DNA of 64,000 nucleotides from Escherichia phage vB_EcoM_ESCO47: the sequence record OM386662.1; one strand, 5' to 3'. Position numbers and translations under genes: made by a program. The notes under the pieces were generated by a model that was not told where the DNA came from, did no database searches, and worked only from the letters and a program-made list of their open reading frames with translations. Shown here piece by piece: positions 46,770 through 59,821 of the stretch (position 1 is the first letter of the stretch; each line of letters opens with the position of its first letter).

Positions 46770-47678
46770 ATGTTTAAACGTAAATCTACTGCTGACCTCG
46801 CTGCTCAAATGGCTAAACTGAATGGTAATAAAGGTTTCTCTTCAGAAGATAAAGGCGAATGGAAGCTGAAGCTAGATGCATCAGGTAATGGTCAGGCGGT
46901 AATTCGTTTCTTGCCAGCAAAAACTGATGATGCACTACCATTTGCAATTCTTGTTAACCACGGTTTCAAGAAAAATGGTAAATGGTATATTGAAAATTGC
47001 TCTTCTACACATGGTGATTACGACTCTTGTCCTGTATGTCAGTACATTAGTAAAAATGACCTGTACAATACCAACAAAACCGAATATTCTCAACTGAAAC
47101 GTAAAACTTCTTATTGGGCTAATATTCTGGTTGTTAAAGACCCTCAAGCTCCAGATAACGAAGGTAAAGTATTTAAATATCGTTTCGGTAAAAAGATTTG
47201 GGACAAAATCAATGCAATGATTGCTGTTGATACCGAAATGGGTGAAACTCCGGTTGATGTTACTTGTCCTTGGGAAGGTGCTAACTTTGTTCTTAAAGCC
47301 AAGCAGGTTTCTGGTTTCAGTAACTACGATGAATCTAAATTCTTGGGTCAATCTGAAATTCCTCGTATTAACGACGAATCTTTCCAGAAAGAATTGTTTG
47401 ACCAGATGGAAGACCTGTCTGAAATGACTGCTAAAGACAAGTTCAAGTCCTTTGAAAAATTGACTGAATCTTTTGTTAAGGTTCTTGGTACTGCAGCAAT
47501 GGGTGGTGCAGCAGCTGCCGCAGCTAGTGTTGCAGATAAAGTTGCTTCTGATCTTGATGATTTTGATAAAGACATGGAAGCATTCAATACAACATCCACC
47601 AAATCCGCTGATGATTTCATGAGTTCTAGCACATCTTCTGATGATGGCGACCTCGATGACCTGTTAGCTGGTCTATAA
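46770..47678 (+). CDS. 32: single-stranded DNA-binding protein gp32
   Basis: 302 aa; zinc-site CxxC...C region and acidic C-terminal tail. Confidence 0.95.
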   Translation: MFKRKSTADLAAQMAKLNGNKGFSSEDKGEWKLKLDASGNGQAVIRFLPAKTDDALPFAILVNHGFKKNGKWYIENCSSTHGDYDSCPVCQYISKNDLYNTNKTEYSQLKRKTSYWANILVVKDPQAPDNEGKVFKYRFGKKIWDKINAMIAVDTEMGETPVDVTCPWEGANFVLKAKQVSGFSNYDESKFLGQSEIPRINDESFQKELFDQMEDLSEMTAKDKFKSFEKLTESFVKVLGTAAMGGAAAAAASVADKVASDLDDFDKDMEAFNTTSTKSADDFMSSSTSSDDGDLDDLLAGL

Positions 47679-47684
47679 TAAATC

Positions 47685-47706
47685 GGGAGACTTCGGTCTC
47701 CCTTTT
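47685..47706 (+). terminator. rho-independent terminator after gene 32
   Basis: GGGAGAC-TTCG-GTCTCCC then TTTT. Confidence 0.75.
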
Positions 47707-47732
47707 GAGTATCTGTAAATTGCCGAAAAGTT

Positions 47733-47761
47733 GTTTACTTCTTCCCTGGATGTGTTAGTAT
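47733..47761 (+). promoter_or_regulatory. early promoter-like element
   Basis: -35 GTTTAC 47733-47738, -10 TAGTAT 47756-47761, then AGACCTATCAA; ATG at 47791. Confidence 0.5.
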
Positions 47762-47790
47762 AGACCTATCAACAACATGAGGAAATCAAA

Positions 47791-48183
47791 ATGGAAATCG
47801 GAAAATCTTATATCATTAACCCTTTATTTAAAGACGACTTTGTTCAAGAAGCACCGCACAATAACGCTAAGATGTTAAAATTGATTGAACTCCATGGGCC
47901 CAGTTTTGTTGTAAACGGAATGGAACCTGATTATGATAGCGATACGCTAAACGTAGTAAGTGTAACTATGGAAGACGGTACTGTATGTTCTGCCGGCGGT
48001 GAAATTGAAACTTATTTTGAGATTTATTACGATGAGTTCAAATACTTTACTGAGGTAGATTTAGTAAAGCCTCAACCTACTAACAAAGGTATAGCTTTAG
48101 GTGTAACAAAAATCCATTGTATCGTAGATGAAACCAATGTCGACGAAGTCATCGAACTTTTGCAAAAAACTTTTAAAAAGTAG
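47791..48183 (+). CDS. hypothetical protein (130 aa)
   Basis: Promoter element upstream; no motif recognised. Confidence 0.5.
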   Translation: MEIGKSYIINPLFKDDFVQEAPHNNAKMLKLIELHGPSFVVNGMEPDYDSDTLNVVSVTMEDGTVCSAGGEIETYFEIYYDEFKYFTEVDLVKPQPTNKGIALGVTKIHCIVDETNVDEVIELLQKTFKK

Positions 48184-48222
48184 TTTATAACAAGATAGGG
48201 CTATGTTATAGTAGCCCTATCT
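48183..48222 (+). promoter_or_regulatory. early promoter-like element with long inverted repeat
   Basis: -35 GTTTAT 48183-48188, -10 TATAGT 48207-48212; 11-bp arms AGATAGGGCTA 48193-48203 and TAGCCCTATCT 48212-48222; ATG at 48247. Confidence 0.5.
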
Positions 48223-48246
48223 AATAAAAGTGAAGAGGAGAATAAA

Positions 48247-49926
<1,680 letters not shown>

Positions 49927-50181
49927 ATGATTTTACGTTTTATTAATTCATATGGCACCACAATTTTTGAAATAAAAAATCCTACCGAACTAGATATCCC
50001 TTCACCGAATAGTGAAATCACAGTTAAAGGTGAACGATTCATTTGTTATTCACACGAACGAATTTATGAATATCGCGAATTTTGTGGTGGTTACGGTATG
50101 GAAAAAGAACCATTGGTTTATTTCGATATCACGGTCTTGACACCTAAAGAATACAAAGAAATTATTGCTGAGGATAATTAA
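49927..50181 (+). CDS. hypothetical protein (84 aa)
   Basis: Between td and nrdA. Confidence 0.5.
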   Translation: MILRFINSYGTTIFEIKNPTELDIPSPNSEITVKGERFICYSHERIYEYREFCGGYGMEKEPLVYFDITVLTPKEYKEIIAEDN

Positions 50182-50268
50182 CGCTTCAGTTTAAAAGTGT
50201 ATAATAAATTAACGGGATAAATACTATCCCGTTTGGAGTAATGATTACCAACCTATGCTGAGGAATAT

Positions 50269-52524
50269 ATGCAAGTAACTAAGAGCAGTGGTGTATCCCA
50301 AAATTTTGATGCACAGAAAATTATTCAAGTCTTAACTTGGCAATGTGAAGGAACACAAATTGACCCATATGAATTGTACGAAGAAATTAAGACCCATCTT
50401 GTCGACGGGATGAGCACCAAAGATATCCAGAAGATTTGTATTAAAGTTGCAGCTAACTCGATTTCTGTCGAAGAACCTGATTATCAGTATGTCGCTGCCA
50501 AAGGGCTAATGTTTGCACTTCGTAAAGATGTATATGGGCAGTTTGAACCGCCTGCTTTTATCGACCATATTTCTTATTGTGTTAATGAAGGCAAATATGA
50601 TCCTGAGTTGTTGTCTAGATATTCTGCAGAAGAAATCATTTATCTTGATTCTCGGATTAAACATGAGCGAGATTTTGATCTGACTTATGCTGGTGCTATG
50701 CAGCTTAAAGAAAAATACCTGGTTAAAGATAAAACAACTGGTAAGATTTATGAAACTCCACAGTTTGCTATCATGGCTATCGGTATGGCCTTACATCAAG
50801 ACGAAACTCATGACCGTTTGAAACATATTATTCGTTTTTATGATGCCGTTTCTACTCATCAAGTTTCATTGCCTACTCCAATTATGGCAGGTGCTCGTAC
50901 TCCGACTAGACAGTTTTCCAGCTGTGTAGTTATTGAATCCGGTGATTCGTTGAAGTCTATTAACAAAACGTCAGCATCAATTATCGAATATATTTCCAAA
51001 CGAGCTGGTATTGGTATTAACGTTGGTATGCTTCGCGCTGAAGGTTCTAAAATTGGCATGGGTGAAGTGCGTCATACAGGTGTTATTCCGTTCTGGAAAC
51101 ATTTCCAAACAGCAGTAAAATCTTGTTCTCAAGGTGGTATTCGTGGTGGTGCTGCAACCGCATATTATCCGATGTGGCATTTGGAAGTAGAGAACCTGTT
51201 AGTTCTTAAAAATAACAAAGGTGTTGACGAAAACCGTATCCGTCATATGGACTATGGAATTCAGATTAATGACCTTATGATGGAACGCCTTGGTAAAAAT
51301 GATTATATTACTTTATTTAGCCCTCACGAAATGTCCGGCGAATTGTATTACTCGTTCTTTGAAGACCAAGATAAGTTCCGTGAGCTTTATGAAAAAGCAG
51401 AAAAAGACCCGGCAATCAGAAAGAAACGAATCAAAGCATTAGAACTTTTTGAATTGTTTATGACTGAACGTTCAGGTACTGCTCGAATTTATCCACAGTT
51501 TGTTGATAACACGAATAACTACACTCCGTTTATTCGTGAAAAAGCTCCAATTCGTCAGAGTAACTTATGTTGTGAAATCGCTATTCCGACTAATGATGTT
51601 AACAGTCCTGACGCTGAAATTGGTTTATGCACGTTATCTGCTTTTGTATTAGATAAATTTGATTGGCAAGACCAAGATAAAATTAATGAACTTGCTGAAG
51701 TACAAGTACGTGCACTTGATAACCTGTTAGACTATCAAGATTATCCGGTTCCAGAAGCTTTAAAAGCTAAAAAGCGTCGAAATCTCGGTGTCGGTGTTAC
51801 TAACTATGCAGCTTGGTTAGCTTCTAACTTTGCCTCATATGAAGATGCTAACGATTTGACCCACGAATTATTTGAGAGATTACAGTATGGACTCATTAAA
51901 GCTTCAATCAAGTTGGCCAAAGAAAAAGGACCTTGCGAGTATTATTCAGACACTAAATGGTCTCGAGGCGAATTACCTATCGACTGGTACAATAAAAAGA
52001 TTGACCAAATCGCAGCTCCAAAATACGTTTGTGACTGGTCGGGGCTACGTGAAGACCTTAAGCTCTTTGGCATTCGCAACAGCACATTATCAGCTCTTAT
52101 GCCATGTGAATCAAGCAGCCAGGTTTCCAACTCTACAAACGGTATCGAGCCTCCACGTGGTCCGGTAAGTATTAAAGAATCTAAAGAAGGTAATTTCCGC
52201 CAGGTAGTTCCTAATATCGAACACAACATTGGTCTTTATGACTACGCCTGGAAACTTGCTAAGAAAGGTAATAAACCTTATTTGACTCAAGTTGCTATTA
52301 TGTTGAAATGGGTATGTCAATCGGCTTCAGCCAATACGTACTACGACCCAGAGAATTACGAGAAAGGTAAAGTGCCAATGTCTGTAATGCTTGACGATTT
52401 GCTTTACTTCTGGTACTTCGGCGGTAAAAACCTCTACTATCATAATACTCGCGATGGTTCTGGTACTGACGACTATGAACTAGAAACTCCAAAAGTTGAT
52501 GATTGTTCAGCTTGTAAGCTTTAA
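50269..52524 (+). CDS. nrdA: ribonucleotide reductase class Ia large subunit
   Basis: 751 aa; N-terminal ATP-cone; catalytic core. Confidence 0.95.
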   Translation: MQVTKSSGVSQNFDAQKIIQVLTWQCEGTQIDPYELYEEIKTHLVDGMSTKDIQKICIKVAANSISVEEPDYQYVAAKGLMFALRKDVYGQFEPPAFIDHISYCVNEGKYDPELLSRYSAEEIIYLDSRIKHERDFDLTYAGAMQLKEKYLVKDKTTGKIYETPQFAIMAIGMALHQDETHDRLKHIIRFYDAVSTHQVSLPTPIMAGARTPTRQFSSCVVIESGDSLKSINKTSASIIEYISKRAGIGINVGMLRAEGSKIGMGEVRHTGVIPFWKHFQTAVKSCSQGGIRGGAATAYYPMWHLEVENLLVLKNNKGVDENRIRHMDYGIQINDLMMERLGKNDYITLFSPHEMSGELYYSFFEDQDKFRELYEKAEKDPAIRKKRIKALELFELFMTERSGTARIYPQFVDNTNNYTPFIREKAPIRQSNLCCEIAIPTNDVNSPDAEIGLCTLSAFVLDKFDWQDQDKINELAEVQVRALDNLLDYQDYPVPEALKAKKRRNLGVGVTNYAAWLASNFASYEDANDLTHELFERLQYGLIKASIKLAKEKGPCEYYSDTKWSRGELPIDWYNKKIDQIAAPKYVCDWSGLREDLKLFGIRNSTLSALMPCESSSQVSNSTNGIEPPRGPVSIKESKEGNFRQVVPNIEHNIGLYDYAWKLAKKGNKPYLTQVAIMLKWVCQSASANTYYDPENYEKGKVPMSVMLDDLLYFWYFGGKNLYYHNTRDGSGTDDYELETPKVDDCSACKL

Positions 52525-52575
52525 GAATTTTAATTATAATTGACTCATGGATGAGTCACTATTGAGAGAATATAA

Positions 52576-53754
52576 ATGAGTACAGTTTTTAATACACAAC
52601 AAGTTGATGTTTTGAACGAACCTATGTTCTTCGGTTCAGGTCTCGGTCTTGCACGTTACGATATTCAACGACATAAAGTTTTTGAAGAGCTTATCGAAAA
52701 GCAGCTCTCGTTCTTTTGGCGTCCCGAGGAAGTAAACTTGATGTTGGATTCAGCCCAGTTTAATAAGCTTCCACAGTTCCAACAGGACATCTTTACCAAC
52801 AACCTTAAGTATCAATCATTATTAGATTCTATCCAAGGCAGAGCACCATCTGCGGTACTTATGTCATTGCTTTCAGACCCTTCATTAGATACATGGGTCG
52901 CTACATGGACTTTCAGTGAAACTATTCACTCTCGTTCATATACTCATATTATGCGAAATCTTTATACAGATCCATCGAAAGTATTTGATGAGATTGTATT
53001 AGATGACGCAATTATGAAGCGTGCCGAATCTATCGGACGATATTATGATGATGTTCTGGTTAAAACTCGAGCTTGGGAAAATTCTAAAGAATTTGTAGAA
53101 CAAGCTAAAGAATCTCCTGATGCCGACCTTCGTTTAAACCAAGCTATTAAACAAGAGTCTGAAGCTAAACGAGACCTAATGAAATCTCTTTATCTTTGTT
53201 TGCATGTCATCAATGCATTGGAAGCTATTCGTTTTTACGTGTCTTTTGCTTGTACTTTCAACTTCCATAAGAATATGGAAATTATGGAAGGCAATGCGAA
53301 GATTATGAAGTTCATTGCTCGTGATGAACAGCTCCACCTCAAGGGCACTCAATATATTATTCGTGCTTTACAAGACGGTGAAGACGGTGATGAATGGGTC
53401 AAAATTGCTCAAGAGTGTGAACAAGAAGCAGTTGATATTTTCATGGAAGTTAACGCTCAAGAAAAAGAATGGGCTGAACACTTGTTTAAAGATGGTGCTC
53501 TTCCAGGCCTAAATGTTAAAATCCTAAGTGAATTTGTAGATTATCTAACCGTGTCTCGTATGCGTAGTTGCGGTCTACCATGTCCTCTTAAAGACATATC
53601 AACTCGTCATCCTATTCCATGGATTCGTGAGTATTTGAACTCTGATTTGGTTCAAGCTGCACCACAAGAAGTTGAGATCAGTTCTTATCTTGTCGCTCAA
53701 ATTGATAATGACGTCAACCAAGATGTAATAAATTCATACAAAAAATATTTCTAA
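52576..53754 (+). CDS. nrdB: ribonucleotide reductase class Ia small subunit (uninterrupted)
   Basis: 392 aa continuous; di-iron/tyrosyl radical protein pattern. Confidence 0.95.
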   Translation: MSTVFNTQQVDVLNEPMFFGSGLGLARYDIQRHKVFEELIEKQLSFFWRPEEVNLMLDSAQFNKLPQFQQDIFTNNLKYQSLLDSIQGRAPSAVLMSLLSDPSLDTWVATWTFSETIHSRSYTHIMRNLYTDPSKVFDEIVLDDAIMKRAESIGRYYDDVLVKTRAWENSKEFVEQAKESPDADLRLNQAIKQESEAKRDLMKSLYLCLHVINALEAIRFYVSFACTFNFHKNMEIMEGNAKIMKFIARDEQLHLKGTQYIIRALQDGEDGDEWVKIAQECEQEAVDIFMEVNAQEKEWAEHLFKDGALPGLNVKILSEFVDYLTVSRMRSCGLPCPLKDISTRHPIPWIREYLNSDLVQAAPQEVEISSYLVAQIDNDVNQDVINSYKKYF

Positions 53755-53757
53755 GGA

Positions 53758-53773
53758 AGGGACTTAGGTCCCT
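53758..53773 (+). terminator. hairpin between nrdB and denA
   Basis: AGGGAC-TTAG-GTCCCT; weak T tract. Confidence 0.3.
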
Positions 53774-53781
53774 CTTATATT

Positions 53782-54192
53782 ATGAAAGATATCGCCGCAG
53801 AATATTCTTTTATTAAATATACAGAGTTAGAATTATTGGAAGACGCGACAATTAAAACGGTTGAAGTCCCTAATAAGAAAAACGTTATCTATGCGATTGT
53901 AATAGATGATGAACTCATGTATATTGGTAAAACTAAGAATCTAAAGAAACGCATTAACTATTATCGAACTGCTATAAATCGAAAAGACCAGACTTCAGAC
54001 TCTAGAAAATCTTTAATGATTTTAGACGCGTTAATGCAAGGTCTAAAGGTCGAATTCTGGGCCCGCCAATGTTTCGACCTATCGGTCACCAACGAACTCG
54101 GTTCTATGACCATCGCAACGATGGACCTTGAAGAGCCACTGTTTATTAAGAAGTTCAACCCGCCTTGGAATATCCAATACAAGAAAAAGTAG
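53782..54192 (+). CDS. denA: endonuclease II (GIY-YIG family)
   Basis: 136 aa; YAIVIDDELMYIGKTKNLKKRINYY GIY-YIG-like motif; position after nrdB. Confidence 0.8.
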   Translation: MKDIAAEYSFIKYTELELLEDATIKTVEVPNKKNVIYAIVIDDELMYIGKTKNLKKRINYYRTAINRKDQTSDSRKSLMILDALMQGLKVEFWARQCFDLSVTNELGSMTIATMDLEEPLFIKKFNPPWNIQYKKK

Positions 54193-54221
54193 TTTACATA
54201 CCACATGGACTGTGGTATAAT
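54192..54221 (+). promoter_or_regulatory. early promoter-like element upstream of rnlA
   Basis: -35 GTTTAC 54192-54197, -10 TATAAT 54216-54221; CCACA...TGTGG repeat in spacer; ATG at 54248. Confidence 0.5.
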
Positions 54222-54238
54222 TTTTAAAAATCAAATGA

Positions 54239-55372
<1,134 letters not shown>

Positions 55373-55374
55373 TG

Positions 55375-55404
55375 GTTTACAAACGCCAAGGATGGTGTTA
55401 CTAT
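55375..55404 (+). promoter_or_regulatory. early promoter-like element upstream of alc
   Basis: -35 GTTTAC 55375-55380, -10 TACTAT 55399-55404; ATG at 55433. Confidence 0.5.
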
Positions 55405-55432
55405 GGACATATCAATTACCTAGGAGAACATT

Positions 55433-55933
55433 ATGAACATGCAATTGATTACTAATGATATGGTTGTAGCAGCATTTGGGGATTCAACCGACGGCATCCA
55501 AGTCTTTAAGAAAGGACGTGCAGTTGGTTACCTCACTGATCTTCGTACTACCCTGGCTAAAAATGCTAAAAAGAAGGTGAAGCAAAAGGAATACTCTACA
55601 CGATATGTTGAAGAAAAACGCGAAGCAATGCCGGAAGCAGTAAACGCAATGGTAGAGTTCCTTCAAAACAATCTGTCTAAATATGACGCTAATGTGTTCA
55701 TTAATATTAGTCAACCTAATGTTCATATTGCTGATAACAAATTTTATATCATTTGCGATCCTTTGTCTGATAAATTCAATCGTCTCGGAATTTCAAGCCC
55801 TTATCATACAGCAGAAGAGTTGTGTGTACTGTTTGAGACTTATAAAATCCAATGTGATGGTCCTAAGACAGTCTTGATTAATGGTTTGTCCCGAGACGAA
55901 ATCATTGAGATTATTGAAAAATGCTTAAAGTAA
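55433..55933 (+). CDS. alc: Alc-like transcription termination protein (by position)
   Basis: 166 aa; between rnlA and pseT as in T4; no diagnostic motif. Confidence 0.6.
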   Translation: MNMQLITNDMVVAAFGDSTDGIQVFKKGRAVGYLTDLRTTLAKNAKKKVKQKEYSTRYVEEKREAMPEAVNAMVEFLQNNLSKYDANVFINISQPNVHIADNKFYIICDPLSDKFNRLGISSPYHTAEELCVLFETYKIQCDGPKTVLINGLSRDEIIEIIEKCLK

Positions 55934-56277
55934 ATCCGATTTATGCTGTCATCGGAGCATTTGCTCTGGTTTCAGTGGTTACAATAGTTTTCTTAAATCA
56001 TAAAGTTGACTCGTTAACAACCGAATTGACCACAGTTAAACAGGTCGCTAAAAACAACGCTGAAGCGTTAGATTCATTCAAGATTCAATATGAGTCCATT
56101 AAAACCATGACTTATAAGAATCAGGCATTAGTTGAGCAAATTAAGGCTGAAAATGAAAAACTCCGGAAGGATGCGAAGAAGAGCAGCGTGGTGGCAAAGA
56201 AACCAGGACTCGTCGAGAACCAAATCAACAAGTCCTTTAACGCCTATGCAGAAGACCTCAGGAAGCTTTCAGAATGA
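55921..56277 (+). CDS. inner-membrane spanin-like protein
   Basis: N-terminal TM anchor followed by coiled-coil-type sequence; precedes lipoprotein gene. Confidence 0.55.
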   Translation: MLKVNPIYAVIGAFALVSVVTIVFLNHKVDSLTTELTTVKQVAKNNAEALDSFKIQYESIKTMTYKNQALVEQIKAENEKLRKDAKKSSVVAKKPGLVENQINKSFNAYAEDLRKLSE

Positions 56278-56564
56278 TTAAATTATCTGTACTTGTATTA
56301 TCTATTGGTCTTTTGGTTGGATGTGCTCAGGACATTCCTGTAAGCCCTAAAGAGACTTTACACCCATCATGGCCTAGTCCTATTGCAGAGTATAACCAAA
56401 AATGGCAAGTTAAAGTCATTGACGGTATTCCATGGGTAGGTATGCCTTTTGAAGACTCTCAAGAATTCCGAATCTGGATGAATGACGTAAAAAGATATGT
56501 ACATGACCAGAAAACTATGATATGTTATTATCGTAGTGGTTTAAAAGAGGACAAATGCAAATGA
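56274..56564 (+). CDS. outer-membrane spanin-like lipoprotein
   Basis: Signal peptide with lipobox LLVGC; ATGA coupling to the upstream i-spanin-like gene. Confidence 0.55.
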   Translation: MIKLSVLVLSIGLLVGCAQDIPVSPKETLHPSWPSPIAEYNQKWQVKVIDGIPWVGMPFEDSQEFRIWMNDVKRYVHDQKTMICYYRSGLKEDKCK

Positions 56565-56779
56565 CACCTACTCAACTAGAACATCTTAAAGGGTTGATCT
56601 ATGAGTCTGAAATGGCCGCAATGATTTACGGACGGCAGATTCAACGTTTAGAATCTTTACCTCCTTCAGGTGACCCACTGATAGTTCAGTCTAGAGCTAA
56701 TCTTAAAAATGAGTACCAAAACAAGTGGGGCAAAGCGGCCAATGCACTTCATGAGTACATTCAAACTCTAGTAAAATAG
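56555..56779 (+). CDS. hypothetical protein (74 aa)
   Basis: Immediately upstream of pseT. Confidence 0.45.
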   Translation: MQMTPTQLEHLKGLIYESEMAAMIYGRQIQRLESLPPSGDPLIVQSRANLKNEYQNKWGKAANALHEYIQTLVK

Positions 56780-56814
56780 TTGTACAAACTCTTGGGAGCA
56801 GAGTATAATGCTCC
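56780..56814 (+). promoter_or_regulatory. promoter-like element (TTGTAC type) with inverted repeat, upstream of pseT
   Basis: TTGTAC 56780-56785, -10 TATAAT 56804-56809; arms GGAGCA 56795-56800 and TGCTCC 56809-56814; near-identical to element at 29011. Confidence 0.5.
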
Positions 56815-56826
56815 TATGGACAATAA

Positions 56827-57743
<917 letters not shown>

Positions 57744-57744
<1 letters not shown>

Positions 57745-57935
57745 TGAAACTATTATATGAAGTGATTGAGGCCATCGAACAGCATAAAGAATATTTGTTT
57801 GTAGCCTGGCCTTTAGTAAATGGACAGTTCGGTATTGATGTGCTGGACTATGAGCATGAAGAACGTTTGGACGGTGGTATATTTGATAACGTCGACCAGG
57901 CAATTGAATGGTTAAATGAAAACTATGTACGATAA
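57744..57935 (+). CDS. hypothetical protein (63 aa)
   Basis: Overlaps pseT stop. Confidence 0.4.
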
Positions 57936-58140
57936 ACATCATGAAATCGAAGATGAAGCATACAAAATGCTTCGTAAACTAGTGGGACTTAATATGAGTC
58001 CTACATTAATCAACAAACTCGCAGGAATTCGTAATGATCTGAATACTCGTTACAAAGGCGAATATCATGTAGAGTTTGTTCCTGTAGGTGAACCGACCGA
58101 GCGATTTGTTGTTCGAGTTAAAGTAAATACTGTACACTGA
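57916..58140 (+). CDS. hypothetical protein (74 aa)
   Basis: Overlaps upstream ORF. Confidence 0.4.
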   Translation: MKTMYDKHHEIEDEAYKMLRKLVGLNMSPTLINKLAGIRNDLNTRYKGEYHVEFVPVGEPTERFVVRVKVNTVH

Positions 58141-58147
58141 GGTAATT

Positions 58148-58423
58148 ATGTTCCCAACTTATTCTGAAATTGTAAAGGTAGTCTTCAGTCAGATTATTGC
58201 TAATAATATGTTTGAAGTGCTTGATAATGCAGCCGAACTCAGAGTTCATGCTCAACTAACTCATGTACTCAATGCTTTGCTCCCGGACCAAGTAGATTCT
58301 ATTGCTATTACTCTTCTCCCTGGGTCTGCACACGTCATAGTGGTATTTGATCTTGACGGCGATTTAGTTATCCAATGTGATATCAATTTCGGTACACAAA
58401 AAATTGAATGCAAAGCAATTTAA
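58148..58423 (+). CDS. hypothetical protein (91 aa)
   Basis: No motif recognised. Confidence 0.45.
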   Translation: MFPTYSEIVKVVFSQIIANNMFEVLDNAAELRVHAQLTHVLNALLPDQVDSIAITLLPGSAHVIVVFDLDGDLVIQCDINFGTQKIECKAI

Positions 58424-58425
58424 TG

Positions 58426-58455
58426 GTTTACAACATGGTGGAGTTGTGATACTAT
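58426..58455 (+). promoter_or_regulatory. early promoter-like element
   Basis: -35 GTTTAC 58426-58431, -10 TACTAT 58450-58455; ATG at 58484. Confidence 0.5.
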
Positions 58456-58483
58456 AACTCTACCAACAAATGAGGAAATAGAA

Positions 58484-58720
58484 ATGCTAAGTGAAAACCC
58501 AATTACAGTACACGAATTTCAGATTAAAGTAAAAGAATTTGCTCAAGCACTCATCAATAAAGTGTCTGAACGTTTCCAAGATGCAACATTACGAGTTATT
58601 CAAGAATCTCCACGTTCTTTTCTCATAATCGTTAATCCTAAAGACGGTGACCAAATTACTAATCTTAAATTAGGCAGTGATGGTCTTGTTGAAGCAACTC
58701 GAGTATATGGAACACTATAA
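58484..58720 (+). CDS. hypothetical protein (78 aa)
   Basis: Promoter element and GAGGAA RBS upstream. Confidence 0.45.
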   Translation: MLSENPITVHEFQIKVKEFAQALINKVSERFQDATLRVIQESPRSFLIIVNPKDGDQITNLKLGSDGLVEATRVYGTL

Positions 58721-58828
58721 TGAGAGCTATCTCATTACTATCGAGAATGGTCATAAATCTGAGCACTACCAACTTAGCCTGTCTAATCCGGTTAAAGGTA
58801 TTGTTGTTTATATCTCCTAAGGATTGTT

Positions 58829-59821
58829 ATGTTACCTGTCATCAGAAAACTTATTTCTCCAAAAGAACTGGCTGAGATTATTCCTTTGTCGGAAGCTTAC
58901 GCATCACAAGTGGCTTCTCATCGCGAACAAGTTAATTCGATTATGAACGGTGAAGACCCACGCAAACTTATTGTTGTAGGTCCTTGTTCAATTCATGACC
59001 CTATTGCTGCTGTTGAATACGGCAAACGTCTGGCTGAACTTCAAACTCGTCTTCCTAATGTTCTGTTAGTGATGCGCGTTTATTTTGAAAAGCCTCGAAC
59101 TACCGTAGGTTGGAAAGGTCTTGTAAATGATCCATATCTTGACGGAAGTTTTGATATGAACCACGGTCTTATAGTTGCACGAACATTGTGTCGTAAACTT
59201 CTGCGTATGGGACTTCCATTAGCAACTGAAGTATTAGACCCATTCACGATTAAGTATCTTTCTGGTATTTTCTCATGGGTTGCTATTGGCGCCCGTACGA
59301 CTGAAAGTCAGACACATCGTGAAATTGCTTCAGGTCTACCGATGTGCGTAGGCTTCAAGAACGCAACCAATGGTTCTATTAAAGTAGCTACAGACGCGAT
59401 GTATAGTGCCGCCCAGCCTCATCGGTATATGGGTATGGACGTCGATGGTACTGTAGGCATTGTTGAAGCTGAAGGTAATCAGAATACGCATATCGTATTG
59501 CGTGGTGGGACTAACGGTCCGAACTATCATTCTTCTGATATTCAAGAAGCTTCTAACAAAGCAAGTGCGGTAGGTCTGAATCATTATGTAATGGTTGACT
59601 GTAGCCATGCAAACGCTGGTGGGTATTATAGCAATCAAATTGATATTGGTAAAAATTTAGCAGCTAATGATTTGGTCAAAGGAATTATGATAGAATCATT
59701 CCTACATGAAGGAAATCAAAAAATTTCTGATAATATGTCCTATGGCGTTTCCATTACCGATGCGTGCATCAGTTGGGAACAAACTAAAGAGCTGTTAACT
59801 TATATTAATAAGGTTCAATAA
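58829..59821 (+). CDS. 3-deoxy-D-arabino-heptulosonate-7-phosphate (DAHP) synthase, class I AroG/AroF/AroH-like
   Basis: 330 aa; hallmark motifs GPCSIHD, RVYFEKPRTTVGWKGL, GARTTESQ, GFKN and ESFLHEGNQ; AAGGA RBS. Confidence 0.85.
   Translation: MLPVIRKLISPKELAEIIPLSEAYASQVASHREQVNSIMNGEDPRKLIVVGPCSIHDPIAAVEYGKRLAELQTRLPNVLLVMRVYFEKPRTTVGWKGLVNDPYLDGSFDMNHGLIVARTLCRKLLRMGLPLATEVLDPFTIKYLSGIFSWVAIGARTTESQTHREIASGLPMCVGFKNATNGSIKVATDAMYSAAQPHRYMGMDVDGTVGIVEAEGNQNTHIVLRGGTNGPNYHSSDIQEASNKASAVGLNHYVMVDCSHANAGGYYSNQIDIGKNLAANDLVKGIMIESFLHEGNQKISDNMSYGVSITDACISWEQTKELLTYINKVQ

Noticed and set aside
52541-52558. Interpretation of the palindrome as a eukaryotic-style TGACTCA transcription-factor site
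   Set aside because: Irrelevant in a phage/bacterial context; recorded only as a palindrome or hairpin
58720-58875. 51-aa ORF upstream of and overlapping the DAHP synthase start
   Set aside because: Overlaps the better-supported DAHP synthase start in another frame and has no RBS
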